Assembly: GCA_029261455.1 (NCBI GenBank)
Contig: JAJDBH010000116.1
Span: forward strand, 1,870 to 65,869
Direction: 5' to 3'
From: Nitrospinaceae bacterium
Lineage (GTDB): Bacteria > Nitrospinota > Nitrospinia > Nitrospinales > VA-1
DNA: 64,000 nucleotides
A program made the position numbers and the translations under genes. Under the pieces are notes generated by a model. It saw nothing but the letters and a program-made list of their open reading frames with translations. It did no database searches and had not been told where the DNA came from. Shown here one piece after another: positions 28,623 to 37,342 of this stretch (its first letter is position 1; the number at the start of each line of letters is the position of its first letter).

Positions 28623-29015
28623 TTAATTCTCCTCGAACGAGTTTTCGTCATTGATGCTAATGACCTTACTATTCTTTTCCATTTCGCTCAAGCATTGGGT
28701 GCAGAATTCTGTGTATGGGACCACTTCCAGCCGGGCTTCGGGAATAACACTTTCGCATTGGGCGCAGATGCCATATTCTCCGTCGCTAATTTTTTTGATT
28801 GCCAAGTCAACTTGCTTAAGCTTCTTCCATTCTTGTTCGCCCAGCTCTCCTTCAAGTTGACGGCTGTAGGCGCGTGCGGCATCATCGCTGATATCGGCAA
28901 TTTGTCCGATTTCACTTTCTTTAACGCTCTGGTTTGATTTTTCAACGTCCCCGAGTAACTCGGATCGTATGGATTCCAATTGGGAATGTAATTTAGTTAT
29001 TTTTTTTTTGTTCAT
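28623..29015 (-). CDS. TraR/DksA C4 zinc-finger protein
   Basis: DISDDA coiled-coil tip; YGICAQC...IPEARLEVVP...CTQC. Confidence 0.9.
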   Translation of the reverse strand: MNKKKITKLHSQLESIRSELLGDVEKSNQSVKESEIGQIADISDDAARAYSRQLEGELGEQEWKKLKQVDLAIKKISDGEYGICAQCESVIPEARLEVVPYTEFCTQCLSEMEKNSKVISINDENSFEEN

Positions 29016-29045
29016 TTTGATGTTGGTTAATTTTGATGTTGGTTA
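29014..29045. repeat. 16-bp perfect tandem duplication at the dksA-like start
   Basis: ATTTTGATGTTGGTTA twice (29014-29029 and 29030-29045). Confidence 0.85.
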
Positions 29046-29056
29046 AAGGAGGATAT

Positions 29057-29410
29057 TTATTGGCCTACTGCCTTGATAACAGGAACATCGCCCCAGAGAC
29101 GCTCGAGGTCGTATTGAAGACGGGCTTCTTTATGAAAAACATGTACTATCAAATCTCCTAGATCTACCACTATCCAGTTGCCTCCTGAATAACCTTCTAT
29201 AGCCAAGGGCTTATTGTGAGTCTGGTAACAATTGTCCAGGATCGCATCAACAATAGATTGAACGTGGACTTTGGAGTTCCCGCTGCAAATCATGAAAAAA
29301 TCAGTCAGGTCTGAGCGATTACGCAAGTCCAGAATGAGAATGTCAAAAGCCTTTTTGTCCGAGGCAGAATCTACAGCTAACTGTTGCAGAGCACTTAATT
29401 GATCTATCAT
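29057..29410 (-). CDS. rsfS: ribosome silencing factor
   Basis: DKKAFDI, TDFFMICSG, EG...WIVVDLGDLIVHVF and YDLERLW. Confidence 0.95.
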   Translation of the reverse strand: MIDQLSALQQLAVDSASDKKAFDILILDLRNRSDLTDFFMICSGNSKVHVQSIVDAILDNCYQTHNKPLAIEGYSGGNWIVVDLGDLIVHVFHKEARLQYDLERLWGDVPVIKAVGQ

Positions 29411-29417
29411 TTAAACC

Positions 29418-30104
29418 TTAATTGGGAGGGGACTCAGTCCGGTATAATCGGTGGTGCATAATATAATGATCAACTGCAGGGGGCAACAAATTTTTGATTT
29501 CTTTTCCTGCCTGAACCTTATGCCGGATTTCTCTGGATGAAATATTTGGTGTTGGAATTTGATATAAGCGTATGGTTTTTTCGGTGGTGGTGCTCAAAGT
29601 CATAGGCAGTATTAAATCATTATTTTCCTGCGGAGTTTTTTTGAGCCCAAGCTTTTGGCTCAACTTATCTGGAACCTCTAACTTGATGCCTGGTCGTGTA
29701 CTCACCAACACGTGACAAAGTTTTAATATGTTGATAAAACTTTTCCAAGTGTCCATCAGCATGAAGGCATCGGCACCTAGAATCAAAAAAAGCTCCCAAT
29801 CAGGGTGTTTTTTCTTTAGCCGGGATAAGGTATCAATGGTGTATGAGACCCCACCCTTCTGAACCTCCAATAACTCTATGGAAAACGCGGTTTCCTGTTC
29901 AAGGGCCAGCTCAAGCATGGCTACTCGATGGAGCGAAGAGGTGGGTAGAGCATCTAGCTTATGCGGCGACTGACTAACAGGAACGAATAAAACCTTTTGT
30001 AAATCAAATAGTTGTGCTGTTTTCACAGCAAGGTCAAGATGCCCGTTGTGGATAGGGTCAAACGACCCACCTAACAAACCCACTCGTTTTAATTCATTAG
30101 TCAT
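29418..30104 (-). CDS. nadD: nicotinate-nucleotide adenylyltransferase
   Basis: GGSFDPIHNGH, SYTIDTL, ILGADAF and ISSREIR. Confidence 0.95.
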   Translation of the reverse strand: MTNELKRVGLLGGSFDPIHNGHLDLAVKTAQLFDLQKVLFVPVSQSPHKLDALPTSSLHRVAMLELALEQETAFSIELLEVQKGGVSYTIDTLSRLKKKHPDWELFLILGADAFMLMDTWKSFINILKLCHVLVSTRPGIKLEVPDKLSQKLGLKKTPQENNDLILPMTLSTTTEKTIRLYQIPTPNISSREIRHKVQAGKEIKNLLPPAVDHYIMHHRLYRTESPPN

Positions 30105-30189
30105 ATACAGTAAATCGTTTCATAAACCTCGAAACTTGGCAAGGGATAATGAGGTTAAAGAGAGCCATTTTTTCAAAACAGCTCGTCTA

Positions 30190-30230
30190 CTGACAAAATT
30201 TGGTGAAAAAACTGACAATTTTTGTCAGTT
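30190..30230. promoter_or_regulatory. putative upstream activator sites for a sigma54 activator (PilR-like)
   Basis: CTGACAAAATTTGG plus the palindrome AACTGACAA-TTT-TTGTCAGTT, about 105-145 nt upstream of the -24 box. Confidence 0.6.
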
Positions 30231-30332
30231 TAGGTGTGGGTTTCAAAGTTTAAAAACTCTCCTAACAGATAATAAATTCCTAACACATTAAAAGTAAAGG
30301 CGTTATAATAAATAACCGCAACAATTGAATAG

Positions 30333-30350
30333 AAGGCATGAGGATTGCTT
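30333..30350 (+). promoter_or_regulatory. sigma54 promoter of the pilin gene
   Basis: AGGCATG-AGGA-TTGCTT with GG(30335-6)-N10-GC(30347-8). Confidence 0.75.
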
Positions 30351-30418
30351 TATACTTGAGCAATTGGAGAAATAGTTTATAGAAAGCTTGTATATTTAAC
30401 CTAACGGAGGAGAAAAAA

Positions 30419-30808
30419 ATGTCATCCAAGTTTAGAAAAGTTCAAGGAGAAAAGGGTTTTACCCTTATTGAATTGGTAATTGTTATCGCGATTATCGGTA
30501 TTTTGGCGGCCATCGCGATTCCTCAGTTCAGTGCTTATAAGAACAGAGCTTATCAATCTGACGCAAAAGGTAACCTGCATAATATCTTTTTGGCATGCAA
30601 AGCTTATTGGGCAGATACCGCGGGTACGAATGCATGTACTACAGCCATTGTTGCAGGTGCTTCTTATGGATTTGTATCTTCGCCAAGCGTTACCGTTGTT
30701 ATTACTGCTGGAACAGATGATGAGGCGGACTTTGAAGCAACAGCGGTTCATGCTTCAGACGGGACCTCCACAGCGTATACTATTGATGAAAATGGTGCCA
30801 TCAGCTAG
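30419..30808 (+). CDS. pilA: type IVa major pilin
   Basis: Class III leader KG|FTLIELVIVIAIIGILAAIAIPQF; strong GGAGGAG RBS; own promoter and terminator. Confidence 0.9.
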   Translation: MSSKFRKVQGEKGFTLIELVIVIAIIGILAAIAIPQFSAYKNRAYQSDAKGNLHNIFLACKAYWADTAGTNACTTAIVAGASYGFVSSPSVTVVITAGTDDEADFEATAVHASDGTSTAYTIDENGAIS

Positions 30809-30827
30809 TAGTTATTTTTGCTAACGG

Positions 30828-30873
30828 AAATCCCCACTCTTCTTTTTTAACGGAGGGTGGGGATTTTTCTTTT
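30828..30873 (+). terminator. intrinsic terminator after the pilin gene
   Basis: AAATCCCCACTCT...GGAGGGTGGGGATTT followed by T-runs. Confidence 0.75.
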
Positions 30874-30964
30874 AAAAAGAAAGTGACAAGCTCCGCGCTA
30901 TGGTTTTAGGGGCATAAAACCGAGGGGTATCATAATTTTTTCATTCCCAGTTTGGATTTGTCGG

Positions 30965-33184
30965 TTGAATAAAGATTTGACAGCTATTCTGGTATTGATG
31001 GCACTTTTTTTGACTTTGTTTTTCCCGGTTTTATTTGAAGGTAAAACTTTCTTCTTCAGGGACATATTGCACTTTGGTTATCCTTTTAAGCACTTCATCT
31101 GGAAAACCTGGGGGGAGGGTGCCCTACCACTCTGGAACATGCAAATTTCCAGTGGAATACCTTTCTTCTCTTTATATCACCCCGGAGTTTTTTATCCGCC
31201 GAACTTGATTTTTCTGTTGGAAGATTTTGGTACGGCCTTCAATACCTGTTTTTTGCTTCACCATTTCGTCCTGACCTTCTCCGTATACAGATTGGCCCGG
31301 TTTTGGGGGCTATCGCCGGAAGCTTCTTTAGGTTCTGCTGGGACGGCTCTTTTGGGTGGTTATTTTCTTTCCCTAGCATCTATTTACAATCATTTTCAGG
31401 CAGCAGTATGGTTGCCACTGACGCTCTTAAATTTAAACCGTTTTCTATTGGAAAAAAAGCGGGCTGATTTTCTGGCGACCGTTTTGTTTTTCGCTTTTAT
31501 GGTTCTTGCTGGTAGTCCAGAAACCTGCGTTTTTACAGTAGCAATCCTGTGGGGTTATTCTGTGTTTGTGGTACCAGGGAAATCCACCTACAGTTCCTTT
31601 TTTTCACGGACAGGAATGTTTATCGGGGTGATACTTTTGAGCCTGGGTTTGTCTGCTATCCAGCTTATCCCTACTGCAGAGTTGGTAAAGGAGTCGGTGC
31701 GTTCGTCCGGCGTGAATTTTGAGACTAATTCGGCAATGTCTTTATCGCCTTCTGCGTTATCGGCGATGGTTCTTCCTGAAAACTATTTTGGCTTTATGAA
31801 TACAGCCAATTTTTCCAAGCAATTTTTTTTGCAAAGTTATTTTATGGGTCTAGTTCCTTTGGGGCTTATGCTCGCCGGTTTATTCTCTGGGATTAAAAAC
31901 CGGGCGTTCTGGTTCTGGAGTGTTTTGTTTTTTGCAGGAATCTTTTTTGCACTTGGCCGATTTAACCCCATCTATTCCTGGTTTTATGATTGGGTTCCGG
32001 TGCTAAATTTTTTCCGATTCCCAGAAAAGTTCTTTTTCCTTTCTGCTTTCTCTATGGTTTTTCTGGTGGGAATAGGACTGGATGCTTTGGGGGGTAGGCA
32101 CGCAGGAATCCGTCAAGTACCTTCTATGCTCGCTGTGTTTATCTTGCTGGTTTTTCTGGTGTGGACCATGGTGATGGAGCCCGGGAGGGAATGGATAACG
32201 GGGTTGGTAACTATATTTATCCTTGCAACTCTTTTTGCCCTGGCTTCAACCGCAACAAAGGGTGCAATGGCATTCAGGGTTCTTGTGGTATCTCTTTTGA
32301 TTTTGGAGTTGTGGGCTCGGAACGTTTCGTTATTGCCAGTGGTCGACCGGTCGTTCTTCGAAAGAAGTCCTGAACTCTATAACAAATTAGAAAGGTCGCA
32401 AGATTTTTATCGGATTTATGGGGGAAGATTGCTTGATGATGAAGAGTTACCTACCGCCAACCAGTTCCCCCTGAGAGAATCTCTTATGGCTTCGCATCTT
32501 GCGTTGAAAAATCTCCTTCGTCCGAATTTGGGAATGATTTATGGAATGAGCTATGCAAATGGACTTACTGGATTGGAACTGAACGATGGGTGGTTATGGA
32601 CAGAACTTTTTATCAAGTCCCCACCGGATAAACGAATCCGTATATTAGAACGAAGCAATGTGAAATACTGGATTACAGATGAAGGAAGGGATCTTGCCTC
32701 TATGGGTTTAAAGCCAGTCGAGGTTTTTGACAATGCTCTACCGAGGGCATTCATAGTGGGCGGGTCACAGCGTGGGCGGGAGCCTCATTTATTAAATACT
32801 TATTATAGCGATTTGTTTGACCCTCTAAAGGAAGTTTTGCTGGCCGAAGAAGTACAAATCCAAACACGGAGTAATTTTTCCGGGCAGGTGAATAAAATAA
32901 CCTATTCTCCCAACAAGGTTGAATTATCTACAGACCAGAATGGAGAAGGGTTTCTGGTTTTGCTGGATACTTACTTCCCTGGCTGGAAGGTGGAGGTGGA
33001 TGGCAAGCCTGAACGCATTTATCGCGCCAATTATTTCTATCGGGGCGTCAAGTTGGCACCGGGCAGTCACTCTATAGAATTTTCTTATGAGCCTGTTGGG
33101 TTAAAAACAGGTGCTATCATTAGCAGTGTGACATTTATTCTATTGTTATTTTTATACTTCAAACCTATGAGAACTGTTCAATGA
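30965..33184 (+). CDS. YfhO-family (GT-C) membrane protein
   Basis: FFRD..YP, PLWN...G.PF, RFPEKF, and the C-terminal LVLLDTYFPGWKVEVDG..RANYFYRGV..G.H.IEFSYEP. Confidence 0.8.
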   Translation: MNKDLTAILVLMALFLTLFFPVLFEGKTFFFRDILHFGYPFKHFIWKTWGEGALPLWNMQISSGIPFFSLYHPGVFYPPNLIFLLEDFGTAFNTCFLLHHFVLTFSVYRLARFWGLSPEASLGSAGTALLGGYFLSLASIYNHFQAAVWLPLTLLNLNRFLLEKKRADFLATVLFFAFMVLAGSPETCVFTVAILWGYSVFVVPGKSTYSSFFSRTGMFIGVILLSLGLSAIQLIPTAELVKESVRSSGVNFETNSAMSLSPSALSAMVLPENYFGFMNTANFSKQFFLQSYFMGLVPLGLMLAGLFSGIKNRAFWFWSVLFFAGIFFALGRFNPIYSWFYDWVPVLNFFRFPEKFFFLSAFSMVFLVGIGLDALGGRHAGIRQVPSMLAVFILLVFLVWTMVMEPGREWITGLVTIFILATLFALASTATKGAMAFRVLVVSLLILELWARNVSLLPVVDRSFFERSPELYNKLERSQDFYRIYGGRLLDDEELPTANQFPLRESLMASHLALKNLLRPNLGMIYGMSYANGLTGLELNDGWLWTELFIKSPPDKRIRILERSNVKYWITDEGRDLASMGLKPVEVFDNALPRAFIVGGSQRGREPHLLNTYYSDLFDPLKEVLLAEEVQIQTRSNFSGQVNKITYSPNKVELSTDQNGEGFLVLLDTYFPGWKVEVDGKPERIYRANYFYRGVKLAPGSHSIEFSYEPVGLKTGAIISSVTFILLLFLYFKPMRTVQ

Positions 33185-34104
33185 GACTTGTCAGTTTACT
33201 TCCTTCAGCAACCGAAATTATAGTGAAACTGGGGTTAGAGAAAAACCTGGTGGGCGTGTCGCATGAATGCGATTATCCCGAGACGGTGAAGTCTCTTCCT
33301 CGCCTCACTTCGACCCGTGTTAATCCGTCGCTCGATAGCTCAGCCATTCATGAATCTGTTCTTGAGGTGATGAAAAACGCCGTTTCGGTTTATGACCTCG
33401 ATGTGGAATTGTTGAAATCCCTAAAACCCGATTTCATCGTGACGCAGGATTTATGCGATGTATGTGCTGTTTCATTTTCGCAGGTGGAAGAAGCTTGCCG
33501 CGAACTCGTGGGCGCAAAAATTATTTCTCTCAGACCTAAAATGCTGGGAGATATCTGGAACGATGTTCTAAACACTGCCGAGACGCTGGGGGTGAAACAA
33601 AAAGGATATGAGTTTTTAGAAGAAGTCGATCAGCAAACTCAGGTTGTGCGTGAACGCTTGGTGGGTTTTGAAAAAAAGAAACCGAAAGTTTTGACAATAG
33701 AATGGATCGACCCCATTTATGTCGGAGGCATGTGGTTGCCGGAAATGATCGATATTGCCGGGGGCCAGGTTTGCATCGCCGAGAGCGGTCAACCTGCACC
33801 CGTTGTTGACCGGGAAACCTTAACTAAGATCAACCCTGATGTTGTGATCGTGAAACCCTGCGGTTATAAACTGGACCAGACCTTGAAAGAAATGGAATTA
33901 CTGAAAAAGCAAATTCCGGACTGGCAATCAGGAACTCGAGTTTATCTGGTAGATGGAAACTCCTATTTCAACCGACCAGGCCCACGCATTCTCGACTCTC
34001 TGGAAATACTCGCTCATTGCACCCACCCAGACCTGTTCCCGGAATTTGGCATGCAGTATGCTGAAGGACTCATCACATTGGAGCCGGGGCTAAAACTTCC
34101 ATAG
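33181..34104 (+). CDS. BtuF-like cobalamin/iron-siderophore-binding family protein without a signal peptide
   Basis: MRLVSLLPSATEI, GVSHECDYP, TQDLCDVCAV and YFNRPGPR. Confidence 0.8.
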   Translation: MRLVSLLPSATEIIVKLGLEKNLVGVSHECDYPETVKSLPRLTSTRVNPSLDSSAIHESVLEVMKNAVSVYDLDVELLKSLKPDFIVTQDLCDVCAVSFSQVEEACRELVGAKIISLRPKMLGDIWNDVLNTAETLGVKQKGYEFLEEVDQQTQVVRERLVGFEKKKPKVLTIEWIDPIYVGGMWLPEMIDIAGGQVCIAESGQPAPVVDRETLTKINPDVVIVKPCGYKLDQTLKEMELLKKQIPDWQSGTRVYLVDGNSYFNRPGPRILDSLEILAHCTHPDLFPEFGMQYAEGLITLEPGLKLP

Positions 34105-34106
34105 CT

Positions 34107-34175
34107 CGTCATCGCGAGCTGCGAAGCGGCGTGGCGATCCAGAACCTGGATTGCTTCACTTCGTTCGCAAAGACG
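34107..34175. repeat. REP-like family B, full palindromic copy between convergent genes
   Basis: CGTCATCGCGAGC...GGCGATCCAG-AAC-CTGGATTGC...TTCGCAAAGACG forms a long hairpin. Confidence 0.8.
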
Positions 34176-34194
34176 ATCCGGTGATTCTGGCAGA

Positions 34195-35481
34195 TCACCG
34201 ACGAAACTGGCGGCGGATGGCTAACAACATCAAGGCTATGATGGTGGGGCCGATCAAGTGTTGCACAGCAACGAAGAATTTGGGAAAGTAAGGTATGCCT
34301 TTCAGTTGAAAGTCGCGCTCCCAGCGTTGCAAAGTTAATACTTTAAAACTGAATAGCGCAGAACCTTGAAATGCATGGATGGGATCTTGATACCATTGCG
34401 TCAACTGTACGATTTGTTGCTGATCCGCTACTTTCGGTTCAACCCAGAACAAATTCAAGCAGGTAAAAACCAGCCACACAGCCAGAAAACTTGCCAGCGA
34501 TTGTTGCCACTTTTCACCGTAGCCGGAAACTATTTTGTAGAGTTGAGTGAGGTTGAAATACCTTAAAGAAGGCAGAAATTTTGAAATGGGTCTTTCTTTC
34601 CATTCCAGCATTTTGGCTTTGCGCCGCATTTCCAACTCACCGTAATGGAAGTCACCTGCGCGATGAAAATCAAGTTGGCCCTCGAAATTTTCTCTGAGCT
34701 TGCGATATAAAATGCTGACCTGACTATAATAATCACGGTTGTATTCTACTTCACGATATTTTTTATGAATTATTTTACTTCTTTCTTCATCCGCTAGGTA
34801 TTCTCGATTAAAGAACTGGTTTTGAGTTTGACGGAACCTCACGTTTTTAAAACCTATTTTTTCCAGATCGGAGTAAAGAAACAATACGTTTCCCAAGGTG
34901 GATACATCAACAAACTCTATGTAGCCATGAGAGTCAATTTTGACTCTTTCAAACATACTTGTTTGACCCTCTTCAAAGGTGGTTTTTTCAAAGCTTATTT
35001 TTCCAGGACCTGAAAAAGTTGAGTTACTAAAGCTCATACCCTCTTTCCCTGAAAAAATAACGCGAAGGAAGCTAGCGCCCTCAAAAAATTGCGCACGATC
35101 AAAAATCACACCTCCCTTGCCAGTGAACCGAGCCATAAAAAAATCTGTTATTTCCTCACAGTGAAATTGAGCTTGATAAAAATTCACCCTTCCATCCCCA
35201 GAAAAGTGGGACCTGCGGAAGCTTATTTTTTCTTTGCCGTGAAATTTGGCAGCAGTGAAATTTACTTCACCCCCAGTAAATTTGGCAGTATAGAAGGTCA
35301 CGCCATTTAAAAATTCCGCCCGGGCAAAGTTTGCTGTTCCTGTAAAAATTGCACCTGAAAAATTTATTTTCACTTTGAAGGTATATTCGCGAAAATCGAC
35401 ATCCCCGATTTTTACACCACCGAATTGTTCACCACGGGCGAGCTTTCTAAGTACTTCTTTTTGGGTCAGAGGTTCGGGCAT
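34195..35481 (-). CDS. pentapeptide-repeat protein with a C-terminal membrane domain
   Basis: Repeated F-x-x-A-x-F units (NFSGAIF, NFARAEF, TFYTAKF and others), then SGYGE and TM helices. Confidence 0.8.
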   Translation of the reverse strand: MPEPLTQKEVLRKLARGEQFGGVKIGDVDFREYTFKVKINFSGAIFTGTANFARAEFLNGVTFYTAKFTGGEVNFTAAKFHGKEKISFRRSHFSGDGRVNFYQAQFHCEEITDFFMARFTGKGGVIFDRAQFFEGASFLRVIFSGKEGMSFSNSTFSGPGKISFEKTTFEEGQTSMFERVKIDSHGYIEFVDVSTLGNVLFLYSDLEKIGFKNVRFRQTQNQFFNREYLADEERSKIIHKKYREVEYNRDYYSQVSILYRKLRENFEGQLDFHRAGDFHYGELEMRRKAKMLEWKERPISKFLPSLRYFNLTQLYKIVSGYGEKWQQSLASFLAVWLVFTCLNLFWVEPKVADQQQIVQLTQWYQDPIHAFQGSALFSFKVLTLQRWERDFQLKGIPYFPKFFVAVQHLIGPTIIALMLLAIRRQFRR

Positions 35482-35496
35482 GGTTTATAGCCTTCG

Positions 35497-35598
35497 TTCC
35501 CTTCCTGATAAGAGGGGTTAGGGGAGATTTGTTGAATAAACCCCTAAAAATGTAATTACATTTTGCAACCCTCTGGGTCCTCCCTTATCAGGGGGGAA
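35497..35598. repeat. inverted doublet of family A REPs (REPIN-like)
   Basis: 35497-35529 and 35567-35598 are inverted copies; the spacer contains the palindrome AAAATGTAATTACATTTT. Confidence 0.7.
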
Positions 35599-35734
35599 AT
35601 CAACTGGAGAGAAGCATATTAATTTCGCCATAGCCTATCACGAACATCCCTGTGGTGAAATTCTCTGTTCAGTCAGCCTAGGGCTCATATCATTATCTGA
35701 TTGATATTAAAGGCCTAATTGGTTAAAATGCGGC

Positions 35735-37342
35735 ATGGCTATTGATAAAGATTTCATTGTAATCGGGTCTGGTGTGGCGGGGCTGACGTTTGCTCTTAAG
35801 GTTTGTAAATTTGGTTCTGTTGGCATCATTACCAAAGACGCGTTGGAGGAGTCGGCGACCAAATATGCTCAGGGCGGTATCGCCTCGGTGATGGCGGAAG
35901 ACGACTCGTTTGAATTGCATGTTCAGGACACGATGGAAACCGGACGCGGACTTTGCCATGAAGATTTTGTTCGTATTGCTTGCCGTGAGGGTCCGGCTCG
36001 GATTCGGGAATTGATCGGACTCGGTGCCAAGTTTGACCGCATTCGAGGGGCTGAATTTGACCTGGGAAAAGAAGGTGGGCACTCCAAACGCCGCATTCTG
36101 CATGCGAATGACTTCACTGGTTGGGAGATTGAACGCACTCTCATTGAAGCGGTTCACGCTCAGGATAATATAGAAATATTTGAACATCACATGGCGATTG
36201 ACCTCATCACGCGCGCGCGTCTTGATGAAAAAGTTGATCCTGGAAGCGATGAAGACGAAGCCCTGGGGCTTTACGTGTTGAACCACTTGACACAAAAGGT
36301 GGAGACGATGGTTGGCCGGGTCATTTTCATGGCGACCGGCGATGGTGTTGCCGTGGCTTATCGGGCAGGAGCAAAAATCGCCAACATGGAATTTTTTCAG
36401 TTCCACCCCACTTGCTTGTTTCACCCGAAAGCGAAGTCGTTTCTCATTTCGGAAACGGTGCGGGGCGAGGGCGGGATTTTGCGTCTGCAAAACGGCGAGA
36501 CGTTCATGGAGAACTACCATTCTTTAGGTTGTCTGGCTCCCCGTGATGTGGTGGCGCGAGCGATTGATTACGAAATGAAAAAGAGCGGCGATGACTACGT
36601 CCTTCTGGATGCGACGCATCTTGAGGGTTACCGCATTCGCGAACGCTTCCCTAATATTTATAAAACCTGTCTGGAATTCGGATTCGATATGGCGCAGGAA
36701 CCTGTTCCTGTAGTGCCAGCGGCGCATTATATGTGCGGCGGACTCGTAGTGGATGCCTGTGGGCAGACGAATATCAAACGACTTTTTGCCAGTGGAGAGG
36801 TGTGTTTCTCAGGCTTGCATGGTGCCAATCGGCTGGCCTCCAACTCTTTGCTGGAAGGACTGGTGCTCTCGCACCGTGCGGTGGAGAAGGCGGTTGCCTT
36901 GTTCAAAGAATCCCGAGGAGTGAGCCAGACGCACCGGATTCCTGAATGGGACCCCGGAAGCGCGGTAGACAGTGACGAGTCGGTTGTGGTTTCACACAAC
37001 TGGGATGAGATTCGCCGATTGATGTGGAACTATGTTGGCATTGTCCGTTCCACCAAGCGTTTGAAACGTGCAGAAAGTCGCATCGAACTTTTATTGGAAG
37101 AGATCCAGGAATATTACTGGAACTTTAAAATTACCAAGGACACTCTGGAACTGAGAAATATTGCCATTACGGCGCAGTTGATCATTCAGGGAGCTATGAC
37201 CCGCAAAGAAAGTCGGGGCTTGCACTACAACCTAGACTACCCGGAACCCGATGACGCGAATTGGAAACATGACACAGTTTTCCATAACACCAGTCACCGA
37301 TTGATAACCCAAACCAACCCGAGAATTGTGACCCATGAGTGA
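35735..37342 (+). CDS. nadB: L-aspartate oxidase carrying an internal in-frame deletion of about 17 aa (possibly non-functional)
   Basis: GSGVAG, YAQGGIA, EGGHSKRRI, QFHPT, HYMCGG, GLHGANRLASNSLLE and ESRGLHY are present; the ATGG...N....TGDG segment is collapsed to ATGDG. Confidence 0.9.
   Translation: MAIDKDFIVIGSGVAGLTFALKVCKFGSVGIITKDALEESATKYAQGGIASVMAEDDSFELHVQDTMETGRGLCHEDFVRIACREGPARIRELIGLGAKFDRIRGAEFDLGKEGGHSKRRILHANDFTGWEIERTLIEAVHAQDNIEIFEHHMAIDLITRARLDEKVDPGSDEDEALGLYVLNHLTQKVETMVGRVIFMATGDGVAVAYRAGAKIANMEFFQFHPTCLFHPKAKSFLISETVRGEGGILRLQNGETFMENYHSLGCLAPRDVVARAIDYEMKKSGDDYVLLDATHLEGYRIRERFPNIYKTCLEFGFDMAQEPVPVVPAAHYMCGGLVVDACGQTNIKRLFASGEVCFSGLHGANRLASNSLLEGLVLSHRAVEKAVALFKESRGVSQTHRIPEWDPGSAVDSDESVVVSHNWDEIRRLMWNYVGIVRSTKRLKRAESRIELLLEEIQEYYWNFKITKDTLELRNIAITAQLIIQGAMTRKESRGLHYNLDYPEPDDANWKHDTVFHNTSHRLITQTNPRIVTHE

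Noticed and set aside
35723-36520. 265-aa antisense ORF over nadB, and similar shadow ORFs over fabF, leuS, ftsK and 26463-27065
   Set aside because: They fully overlap well-supported genes on the opposite strand and show no motifs; typical antisense shadows.
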